A stretch of DNA of 64,000 nucleotides from assembly GCA_000934665.2 (NCBI GenBank), contig JYFJ02002041.1, forward strand, positions 1 through 64,000, given 5' to 3'. Below are positions 26,901-38,700 of the stretch, one piece after another. The position numbers were made by a program, and so were the translations under genes. The DNA is from Catajapyx aquilonaris. Its lineage: Eukaryota. Each line of letters opens with the position of its first letter. The first letter of the stretch is position 1. The notes under the pieces are model-generated. The model saw only the letters and a program-made list of their open reading frames with translations. It was not told where the DNA came from and made no database searches.

Positions 26901-29900
26901 TTATGAGCGAAAAACCTTCCCTAGTATATACTTCCCGGTGATGCTTGTCTCAAGGAAAATGGGTGAGGAATACTGAAAATAAACCCTTGGCAATGTGCGG
27001 CACTGAAGGACGTCGGGTGTCTAATTGTGGCCCAGAAGCGCTGAATATGACATTGCTATTATTCACACCCGTCGGGGGGGAGGAAAAGGAGACAGGAAAC
27101 TGTTGCGTAAATTGGGCTTGATAATAAGGTATACAGCATTGCAAAGTTTGCTGCTTTCTTGGGAGACCGGGTTATTACCCTTCCCAAGTTGAAAATGGAT
27201 TTCTTCGCTTCCCCCATTATTCGGCTCGTTTGAGGTTCTGCAAATGACGTTTTTGCGGTTTTTAGAGTGACAATTTGTCGATTTTGGCTTAGGTATCCTG
27301 CTGGTTTTTTCCCCCAACATTTTCTCCCCTTCTTAAAAAAAAGGGACCTGCTGCTTCTATATAGGAAGAGGGGAGAAGAAGAAGCGGAAAAAAAATACAA
27401 TCTGGAAAAGCCTGCATGCCTAATAGAGTTGAAGCCATCCCATTTCGGCCTCATCCACTTAGTCGAACTTTCCTTCCTTATGCATGCTTCCACCCTGAAG
27501 GAAGAAGAAGAGGAAGCCCCCTCGGATCGAAGTCCGAATTATTATTTTGCATTGCTGATTTATAGCAAAAGGATGCTCCCCCTTTTTTCTCTCTGTTCTC
27601 TCTATAGAAACCCAACTGAAGGCGTTTGCACCCTGTGGGAAATGGAAATTAATCGCCTTTTGGTGAAGTCTGTTTTCCTTACCATTAAAGGCAAAGGGCA
27701 ACCTGGAAAATTAGATTAGAGGTTCGTGAATTAGGTGGGCTATGCTGAAGAGACCGCGAGGATTTCGTGGAGGTGTTGAATGCGATATCCAGAATGGTCT
27801 CATCACGATTCCTTTTGGAGGTTTGCTTGGGGGAGTCTCTCCCCCCTTCTCTTTTAATGAAACGTGCTCGGCTTTATGGGTGGGGATTCGACCCAAGTTT
27901 GCGGGAATGGGACTCTGGGTTTATCTGGAAGGAAATATTGGAATGGGAGGGAATGCATCAGTGTCGTTGCTTGCATTATGTACGGTTTGGCTCGGAAATG
28001 ATTTGGGATCTGGTGCGTTAGGCAGGTGCAACCGGAATGCAAATGGAAGCTGACTTACATTACGACCCGGATTGTAAATATCCGCAACGAGCCTGGAGAA
28101 TAGAGGGGCCTGTGGGGGGGGAAAAAAACCAGCAACGTATAAAAATCTGCAGTGGGCTGACCTCGATTCAGCCTCTTTGGTTGTTGTTTTAAATGCTGTA
28201 CCTTATAGTTTACAGTATAATGGTCAGCCCCTGGAGCATTCAGGAAGTTGGTTGCAAGTTTGCAGAGCAAACTTCTTGGCATAACTATCGGTGTGCAGTG
28301 TGCAGCCTACCTACGGGGATGATAAGTTAATGTGCTGTGCAGAAATATTTTTTTTGTGTGTGTGGCAGAGTCCAGAGGGCTTTTTTGACTTGTAAAGTTT
28401 CGGTAACTAAAATGTACAATGCTTCGTCTAAACCAGAACCAAGTAATACAAATTGCGTTATCGAATTCTTGATGTTGCTCTTTGAAAATCATCCCCGACT
28501 AATTAACAATTCATGTGTGTTCGAAAATTAAAATTAAACGTTTCGTAATCAGCTTAGTGGTATATAAAAACTTGTAGAGTTTTACTATTTAGTGGTTAGT
28601 AAGTTCCAGACGAAGCCGACGATGGGTGTTAAAATGTGTATAGTGACACGTATTAAGTGATTATGATAATTAACGATCCGGTCGGAATCTGCCTACTTTT
28701 ATGACGTAATTATCGGATCTCGTTATGTGGTATGCAGGAGCGTGTTATAGGATCTTATACATTGATAGCAGGGGTATATAGTGGACGTCCGATGATACAC
28801 ATTACTGATGCTGTATTGTAATTAAAGCCCAGCCAATTTACAAGTAAAAAATTATTCGCAAATATTGAAGTGCATGCTGTGAATATGTGGAGTGACCAAT
28901 TTAAACGCAACAACTCCATCATATTTGTATGCACTCTATTGCGGTTTGATTGATCACTCCACATTTATGTATTTACACGTAATGATATGCGCAGGATGTG
29001 GCCTATACATTTATGAATGATTCTATGTAACTTTGAGAATGAGATTAATTAACATGCTGACAACAACTCGAAAATTATCTGCCTGAGGCTAAAGGCCTTT
29101 TGCTTACTATGTGATGAATGTTACTTTTTATAGCTTATTTTCAATGCGTGTATAGGTAAAATGCAGCATGTCAGCGGTACTCTGCTGTTGCATATACTGA
29201 TAACATTTTTTAAAAAAGTGTTCCGGTCACTGTACTAAAGAGTTCATCATACCCTTCATTGGTGTACACAACCCATGCATTTGTAAACCGATCCAGGCGT
29301 ATGAACGATGATGGATTAATCTAATAAAGTTCAGTGTCGAATCGATATTGGGTGCCCCGCAAAGACTTTTCGCGAGCAAAATATATAACACTGGCTGCGG
29401 CTACGTGACGTGCAGCAGGTCTTTAAACCATAAGCAACTGCGATTCTCAAAGTCTGCACGAATGTCAAGATCGAACTGATTGAACCTCTTATATACGCTC
29501 TGCGGATATATAGTCGTGATCCGTTTGCGTCAGACCTGAACTGCGCTTCTTACCAATCTCTTTCTAGAATAAAAGGGGCATACATGAATCATTAATATAT
29601 ATGTTGTTACATATTATTAGGACTACATGTTCAAGGGGGGAAGGGCAGAGCAGGAATCGGGGTGTTTCATAACTCATATAAGCTACAGGCATACAAAAAT
29701 CCGATTTGCATAAACATAAAGGTCGGCAGTTATCGCAGAGTAAACTTCCTGTTTGCATTTGCTGGTTTCCAGATTATTCGTCTAGCTTTACATTAAACTC
29801 GACCTAACACTGATAACACTCGTGAGCACAGCCAACATATAACGGTGATAAAGTCAGATTTGAATAATATTATTGTGCTGAATATAATATGTCAATCAAA

Positions 29901-30669
29901 AATTAATACCTCTAGTTTCAACCGGTGGGGCTTATGGGTGAACATTTCAATTGAAACCTGTAAAAATTTATATTCGCAATAGGTTGAAAAGATTGTGGAA
30001 TAACAGAATAACAGCATAAATATTGCCTTAATTTTCATTAGTGTGTTCAACAAATTTTGTTCCAAAAATTTAGCCCTTTTTTATGCGACTGCGTTTCCGC
30101 TTGTTTTAGAGAATGTCAAGCTGTGTCAGATAAACTCGAGCCATTCCGGGTTTGTCCGGAAGTGGACTTTCCCCTGGTTTTGATTCCAGCAGCTCGCTCC
30201 AGAGATTACTCTAAAATTCAAAATGTCAAGCCAGCATCGCTTCTGCTCCGACCTACGACCTGCCCTTTGATTTCTCCCGACGCCCCCCCCNCCCCCCCCC
30301 CCCATTAAATTAATTAAGGAAATTTCTCCCTCCAACCCTCTGAAATGGACGAGCCACACTTTCTCATCCTCCATTTCCGAATATACAAAGTCCATGACAG
30401 ACCTCATCAAGGTGGCGGTTTCCACATCAGCGATAATGATGAACCCCTCGGAAACAAAGTGGTCACCTGGGAAATTTATGAAATTGGACTTCATAAACTT
30501 TTTTTTTAAAAAGTCTCCCGGTACATCGGGGCTGTTTAAAAAAAGGAGCAAGGAGAATAAGGGACTCTTCTTTTCTTTTTTTGTCTTATTCTCTCTCTGG
30601 AAAGTGGCAATCCTCCACGGCCGTATATCCCAGTAGGTGGAACATTCGGGCTGGTCCGGGCCAAACGAA

Positions 30670-30853
30670 ATGGGTGTGGTAGTCTGGAGAGGGAAGAGGG
30701 GGGGNGGGGTGGATCCAGGGGGGGCAGGGGGGCGCTTCCGGAAAATCTCAAATGAGAGCTGCAGTGGAGTCAGTCGGGAGGCTGTGCCGGCAAAGGAAAG
30801 GTTGGGGGTGGTTGAGGACACTTTATTTTTAAAAAAGGAAAAACAAATATCAG
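30670..30853 (+). CDS. Candidate alternative first coding exon 1d of ENT (MGVVVWRGKR...EDTLFLKKEKQIS)
   Basis: aaaATGG start, 184 nt (phase 1), strong donor CAG|gtaagg. The frame passes through a G-run containing an N. Confidence 0.45.
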
Positions 30854-32550
30854 GTAAGGTACAATCCATGTTTATTTGTGGTGCACATACACATACACAC
30901 AAAGCCAAGTCGTATGGGTTCAAGTCCGGGAGCGCTTTAAATTTAGACCCCCGGCCTTTTTAGCGCGTGGTCATTAATTAGAGTGGACCCGCGCTAAATG
31001 CATGTTGAATAATAGTGCAAGTTGCATAACCAGGTTATGTGAAGTGTCAGTGGCTTAAAAGCGGCGACTATAAATCCCGTTTTTTTTTTGTACAAGAAGC
31101 TGACGTCACGGAAACATCGCGCGTAAAATTTAATTTTGACAAGATGGTACAATAATAAAGCTGGTTGGTGGCTGGTTGGAGTAAGAGGGAAAGAGCAGTA
31201 AAGTTAATCGTGAGGCTTCCTCCGGGGGAATTCGATTTTACGATAAGTGCCCAATTTATAGGACAGTGGGTGGTGCCATTGTGGTCTTTTTCTTTTTCCC
31301 CCTCCAATATATACGATCAGATGAGATGAGATTCCTTACGTAAATGAGGACACTTTAGGGTTCTATTCGCGGATGGGACTTGATTTTTTAATGATAAAGG
31401 ATGGGGGATTAGAATGGAATCGGCCTGGTTAAATATAACTTTGGAGGTTACATGCGGCATGACGTGCCTCTGTTGGTTTGGGGGGAGGGATAATTTTGTT
31501 TCGACGACCGCAATTTAAAGCACGTAACTCGCAGTCACTGACATGCAGCCTGTAAACAGAAAAAGTTAATTCGATAATTTCGTCAAAGTGTTACTGGTTA
31601 TCCGGCCGTCATCGCAACATGTCAGATATATTGAATATGTAATTAACTTTGAATTATTGCCTGGGAAGTTTGCATTAAAGTGCGTTATGTGTATAGTCAG
31701 CTGTCTGTAAAGGTCCCTGCGGATACATCTAAGCGGCCATTTATTATTAAAATAGTGCATGTCGAAATGTGTTTGAGCTTGTCGACATGACATACTGTTA
31801 TGTCCATCTGCTCCACAGTTGTACAGTGAACTCCGCAAAGAAATTTTGTGCTGTACAGATTCTCTTTGGGTACGGCAGTATACTGCACAGTGTGTAAAGT
31901 CTCCCTCTGCGGATGATAAAAATTCCGCAAATGAAGTATTCATTACTAAAGCCAGGTGAACCGGTTTCACTTTATAAAACATGTACACACATATCAAATG
32001 GGTAGCAGTTATCTGTATAATTTCTTGGTGGCAGAAGTTCGCTAAAAACAGACGTAAGAGTGACACCTTTGTGAATCCATCAGCCTCAGGTGACTCGCTA
32101 AACTCACCACCCATATGTGAAGTACCCTAATTAACAAATCACAAATTGCACGTCACATCCCACAATGGTTGAAACCTCCCGTCAGTTAAGTGTTGATCAG
32201 GTTTACAGGGCTTAAGCTAGGTGGTCGCTTACCCAGCAGTTAAGTATGCGAGACGTACACCCCGCAATATATAGGCTTGGTGTGCACTTGTAGTAGAGCA
32301 GCTCCGCGGTGTGCACTTTGTATGCAAAAGAGATTGGAGCTGACGAGACACGCATTGGGACCAGGGCATTTCCGGTGAATATACGAATGTAGTGACCCCT
32401 GCAGGTCTTTCCCATTGGGTCGGTCCTTGGCAAGGGCGAACTAATCTCAGGGAGAACTCGACAAGGAGCAGAAGAGCAAACAGGGTGTGAAAATGTCCGG
32501 TGCCTGAGAGGTGTTGATCCATCTAAAGGGAACCATTGTCTTGTTTCCAG

Positions 32551-35500
32551 ACAAAGCGGAGGGCTCGGAGAAGCAGCCGTTTTTGCCTCCTGGAGTCGCT
32601 GCCTCGGAGGCTGCTGCCAACAGCACAGAGCCAGTGAGATTGACCCCAGGTTGGGAGGAGCACAACCTTCCAAACGACGAGCTCAACTTCAGGCATCTCA
32701 CTCTGGACCAGGTGGAGCTGGAAATGAATCCTCCTGCCGACAGGTTAGTCAACAAAATGTCATCACTTTAACCCGTTCTATCCCATTTGATATGGGCAGA
32801 ATGGCATAATATCAATTAGTCCAGACTCTGCAAAAAAAAAAAAAAACAAACAAAAATGTCTGGAAGCTGAGTAGTGCAAGATGTTGAAAGCCGAGGGATA
32901 AACAGCTTTCCCTTAATAGCCACTTCAATCCGTCTAAAGTCCTGTTAATGAGAAGTTGAGCGGTTGATGCTGTGTTTACCTGATAAGATGGAGGGGGTAA
33001 AGTGGTTTCTCTTCTAAAAAGGGAATGATCATTCAAGTCTGTGCAGAAAGTACAAGTGTAGCTATTGTTAGATTTTACTGCATTTTGGGGGGGGGGCTTT
33101 GTCGGAATATTCCATGCCATATTTTTCCGTCTTATTTTGTGCCAAAACGGCCGGGTCATAATTCAGCTCACTCTCAAGCCTGCAATTTAATTCGCACTGG
33201 TGTCACCGCAATCAGCACGCTTCCGTATGACAACCAGGATTTCGCACAAAAATGGCTAGTGTCCAAAAAATCTTGCTTTTGTCCGCCGAAAAAACAGGAA
33301 GTGCTGCAGTACACTTTTTTTGGTGTTTAAAACCAACATCCACCGGTAATGCTGCCGAATGACGACAACAGCTGCGGCGGCTTTGCACTGATTGCATTTT
33401 TTTTTTGCTGCAATGCTAATAATTCGGCCTAGATTCAATTTATTTGCACTCATTATGTACGCCTGCGGTGTATGCAACGTGGTGGTCAATAGAGCCCTGC
33501 AGGTTTGCCTAAACGTCAGGATAAAAAACAGAAGCGCCTTATTTGCAAAAAAAAAAAAAANGGGGGGGGTTAGCTGCAGAGAGAATCGCTTGGCTGGGTA
33601 ACGAGCCCTGGCGTCTCTTTCACAAAAGGATCAAAGTGGAAGGTAAACCTCTCTTGGTCCAAACAAACAAATCGGGCTGGAATTTTAGGGCGTGACTGCG
33701 ATGCATACCCGCCTTTTTTTTCTGCGGAGCATTTTTAGCGGAATAGACGCTTCTGGTGTAATCATTTATGTATGACCCCCGAAAGTGCAAGTCTGTGTGG
33801 TGGTGGTTGCATAAGTAGGTTGAATAAATAAATTTAAAAGGGGCGAAAGTGTTTTTTTTTTTTTGTAAAAAAAAAGGCCCGTCTCATAAAATTGCGTTAA
33901 CAAAGTTTGACAACTTCGGATCATGTAGGTTAATTATTTTTTTTGTCCCCATGTCCCCCACGAGATAAGTCTGGGTGACGGACCCTAGAGGGATTCCGGA
34001 TTGGGCAATAATTAAGGGCCGGTTGATTGGATTGGTGCTATCTGGGGCTTGGGATCTGTTTGCCTTCCGCTTCTAATGATCTCCAGACCCGCTCAGATAG
34101 GTATAAATGAAGCATCGATTCTCACTTTTAATAAATTTTGGGCGGAGGCCCTAAGAAGGATATTTGGCCAGAAAGGAAAAAAAAAGTGGATTGGCCCTCT
34201 CCACCTGGAAACAAGGCCCCCAAAATTGAATTGTAGGCCCCTACTCTCCTACCATTACCATTTTTATGGCTTACGAGGGGGAAAAAACTACGAGCCTCGC
34301 AGGGTGCGCGATAATTGAAGGGGGTGGAACTGAACATTGAACCGAGATAATTAGTATTATTACACAGCTCAAAAATCAGTTACCAGTATGTGAATTCACA
34401 CCCTAGAAAATTGTTATTCACACCGTGCATTTTGTCAGGAGAACCAACTCTTTACAAACCGTTTAACAAAAGGAGCTAAATATATGTGAGTGAGTAAAAT
34501 AATAAAATTATTTTGGCACGTTCAAATATATTTTCAAACAAAAAATTTGCATTCCTTGAACATGCCTGGAAAGTATAATAAGTTGCTGTCAGGTTGGTGT
34601 GTTAATTATTAATACACATGCGTTTTTTTAAAAAATTTCCAGGAATATTTTTACGTTAGATGTGTACAAGCAGTGATTCTTGGCGATTGAACGGATCCGT
34701 AGCCTACTCTCTAAAAAAATAAGAGTTAAATTAACTCTTTTAAACCTTGAAAGTGGTCATTACCAAAAATGAGTTATAATAACTCTTTGCTGGAGTTAAA
34801 ACAACTCTTTTAGTTCATTTCATCCTCCGAAAGAGTGAATTAATAACTCTTTTCGGAGGATGAAATGAACTAAAAGAGTTATTTTAACTCCAGCAAAGAG
34901 TTATTATGACTCATTTTTGGTAATGACCACTTTCAAGGTTTAAAAGAGTTAATTTAACTCTTATTGAGTTTTTTTTAACTCTACTTTTTTTAGAGAGTAA
35001 AGCATCTTATCTATGGTTGTAAACATCTGCAATTAGCCACGTCATTATCCAAGTTGATCTATGTGGGTTGATTGAATTACCGTTTGAAATTAAGTTGTTG
35101 AAAAGTAATCGGGGAAGCTAACCGATACATGAGAAGAGCGGTTAGCGAGGAGATTGGAGCGCGCAATTACGAGTTATTTTACGACCATATCATTCCGTAA
35201 TAGTCAATTATCGGCTTTTCTATCACGCGTGTCACGGAATTTGTGAAACTGGAAGCACGTCATCCGCAGAAAGTTTGGCCCCCCCATGAGGGTGAAAAAA
35301 AAAGCCAATGGCGGTCTAAATCTCAACGACTATAAAATATGCAATCAAGGCGCGGTTTTTTTTTCTGAAGCCGCAGTATGCTGAGGGGTGGGTCCAAAAG
35401 AATGCTAAAAAAATTAGGCAGAGGATTTGCGATCGAAACAGGAGTGTAGAAGAATCCCTGCAGCCCTTTTATGTCATCCAGGGCAACGCCCTTTCGCCGG

Positions 35501-35718
35501 GGGAAAATTCCCGCACGGGTTCAGCAACTCCCCCCCCTTCTCCTCCTCTCCCCTCTTTCCACCCCCGCACCCACCCAGAATACGGAGGCTGCACTCTCCA
35601 GAGAGCAGAACATGCATCGCCTGGTTTCAGATCAGCGAAAGAAGAGTGGTGGCAGCTGCATGAAGACGCGCAACTTGTTTTCCGCTTGATTTCACCACCC
35701 TCTTGCATGTCTCCCGTT

Positions 35719-35791
<73 letters not shown>

Positions 35792-38700
35792 CGGCCTGCC
35801 TACACTTCCGGTCCAGGGTAATGAGGAGGATTTGTACGGGGCCATGGGCTTGAAATCCGGGTATAAACTTGCGGAGAATCCCGTTAACAGCCTGAGCGCT
35901 TGTTTCTTCTCCGGACATCGCGTGATTTATACATTGCAGGTGCACTGCGTTCGATATCCACAACCGGCACGAAATACAATGAATGCCTGCATCCTAATAG
36001 GCTCATTCTTTCCGTCGGTTTGTCCGACCTGATGGGTGTCGCTATTGACCTGAAGGTGGCAGGAGTGTGAAGAGGGAGTCGGCTCCACCTATGCGTGAAG
36101 ATTAGTACTACGTGGTAAATCGGGCGGGCATTCTCATTAAAACTGCTTGATTGTCACTATACTGATTGCAGATTTTTGCCAAATTTTGGCAACGGTTCAC
36201 TAGTACAATGTGGATACCCGCGATAGGAGCCTCGTGCAGGACTAGAGTGAATATTAATATTGAAAGTGGCTCCACTAACTTCATACCACAGTAGTTATTT
36301 ATACCAGCCGTTTTTGCGATAGGTGACGACCTAAGCTCCTAATTGGAGGTTGCAACGACTCATCTTGTCATCTCCAACAATCTTGCACGTCAGCAGGCGG
36401 GGGTCTTTTTACAGTGACGAGGAAAATATTTTTTTGGGAGCACATGTAAGCCTTAATTGGATGGCCGTGGAAGCAGCTAGTTTCCTCCAACATTATTGTG
36501 ATCAGTGCTTGAACTAGAGAGAGGCTAAGCATGATGGTATCGGACTCGGACATTTTGAAGGAACTCCGATAGAGGAGAGGAAATTGCTTCAATTGCCTCG
36601 GCATGCATTGCTACACAGGGCTATATAAAGGAGGGGGGGTTGAAGCCAGAGCTGTAATATAAATTCAATTAGACGGAGCAAAGTAATAATGCGATCTATT
36701 ACACATCTCTGGGCACATTCCAGGGCGTGCTTCATTAGTGGTAATAATTTCGCAGAGTTGGAGCAATCAGAGGCTGCCTTATATTCCGCAGGACCCGAAA
36801 TCCGGGATGGCAAAGCCTTTTCCTCAGCGACATATCAAAGCGCATTTCTGTCCGTTAAGTCCCGGAATGAATCCCCCGGAATTTCCCGGAGAAAACTGTC
36901 GAGAAAATGAAAGTTTTGGAACCAGATTTTTTTTCTCTCTCTTCTTCTTTCGCGCTTTTCCCTTTCGTTTATTGTTATTCTGCCGGAGTCATTGGCATTG
37001 CTGGAGTATAAACAGGGGATTTTTGGGAAATGGTAGGGGGGGGGGGGGNGACAGGGCTTTGATTTTGGTGGGAGTGTAAACCCCTTTTCCCTCCACTTTC
37101 CCCGAGAGCAAATCGATTGTGTAGTGTGTTTCTCTGCAGTGCAGTCATGTGGTGTTAGGAATGTTGCTCGCCACTGGGGACCAAATAATGTGCAGTGGGT
37201 CAATGGCGTACGCACGGATTCGTCTCCGTTTCTTCCATTTTCTCTAAAAAGAAAAAAAAGGTTCCAGAATATTGATGTCAGTGAATTACTGCACGAATCT
37301 GGTGGTAGTAAAAGTGAAAAAAAAAGTTGTTCTCCTAATAGGCTTATTCTCTCCGTCCGATGTTCGTCCGACCTGATAGTATCGCTGTCTCTCACACGAC
37401 CTGAGTGGCAGGAGTGTTCAGAGGGGGTGTGCGCCATCTATCCGTGAAGAATAGTACCACATGGTAAATCTCATTAGTTGTACGCCATCTATGAGCAAAT
37501 AATAGTACTCTGTGGTAAATCAGCGGGCCATCTTGTTACTGTCTTACTGATTATATAGGTTTTTGCCCAATTTTGGCAACGGGTTCATTAGTTAATGTGT
37601 GTGTACTTCAAGTACATGAAGCTGCTGGCACATAGGCTCTTCAAGTGAAAGATTTATGCTCTAACTTATGCAAAGCTGAACTTGTTCACTTTATCTCCAC
37701 CCTCTTTATAATCTCAGAACTAAAAGACGCAACTTTGGTGGGGGGATTTACCTGTTCAATTTTTAAGCCCCTTCCATTTTTTGGGGAGGCAGTGACTTCG
37801 AAAAATTGCATCCCCATGTTTTTGCCCTCCAGCTTTCAAAAAAACGGTGCACATGGAAGTGAGAGCGGAAGATTAGGACCTGTCATGTTCATGCATTTCG
37901 GCAGGGCGTCGCTTTTTTTTTTTTTTTTGGAGAAAGAGGACAGCACCCTCCAAAAAAAAATCTTGATCCGCTGCTTATAAGTTGAATTATTGACAAAAGG
38001 AGGAGGGTGCGCCTTTTATAGCTGGAGAAGCATGAAGTTGGGGAGTGGTATAGTATTTTTTTGTGCTATAGGAGAGCTAGAACTAGCTTGCCTTGCTATC
38101 GGGTCACGTCAGCGCAATTTTTCACACCGGTTCGAGCACGGAGCCCCTCCGATTTTCTTTCAGGAAAAAAATAGCTGAATAGAAACTGCAGGGTTGTGTC
38201 TCCAAGAGCTCAGCCCCTCCAACAATTATAAATGTTTAAAAAAGCGGTTAGGAAAGTGTGGCGCCGAATTTAATTTTGTGCTCGACGACTTGAAAAAAAA
38301 AAGGGGGGGGGGGGGGNTGTCCATCATATGGCATACTTTCAGCGGATGTGGACTAATTAGTTCGCAAGCGTCACCTGTCCATTACACTCTGAAAGTGAGA
38401 GGGGGGAGAAAAAATAGGCTCGCATTACCGTTAGGGGTAAAGCACACTTTATACCCTTATCCACGCTTTTATAGAAGTTTTTAACTGGTGGTTTATAGGA
38501 CTGATATGGTTGAAAGGCAAGGCACGGAAATTGTTGTGAAAGGGATCCGGCTCGAGGGACTATTTTGCTGAGTTGAACGATAATTGTTTATAGCAGTTGT
38601 AATAATATTTCTGAAGTTCTGAAAGTCACGAATTTTTAATTTATTGAATGATTTTCATGGCAAGTTCTCTGTCTCATGATGTACTATACCGTTTAAAAAA

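Noticed and set aside
30126..30923. 265-aa minus-strand ORF as a single gene
   Set aside because: Runs through homopolymers and Ns with low-complexity translation; only a 107-nt part looks exon-like.
32390..32455. HDV-like ribozyme (GACCC/GGGTC, CTAAT, CCCTG/CAGGG)
   Set aside because: The P1 and P2 strands overlap and P3/L3 do not fit the consensus.
36010..36080. Hammerhead ribozyme in the dispersed repeat (stem-CTGAT-stem)
   Set aside because: Lacks intact CUGANGA and GAAA cores in all three copies; Helitron termini explain the repeat better.
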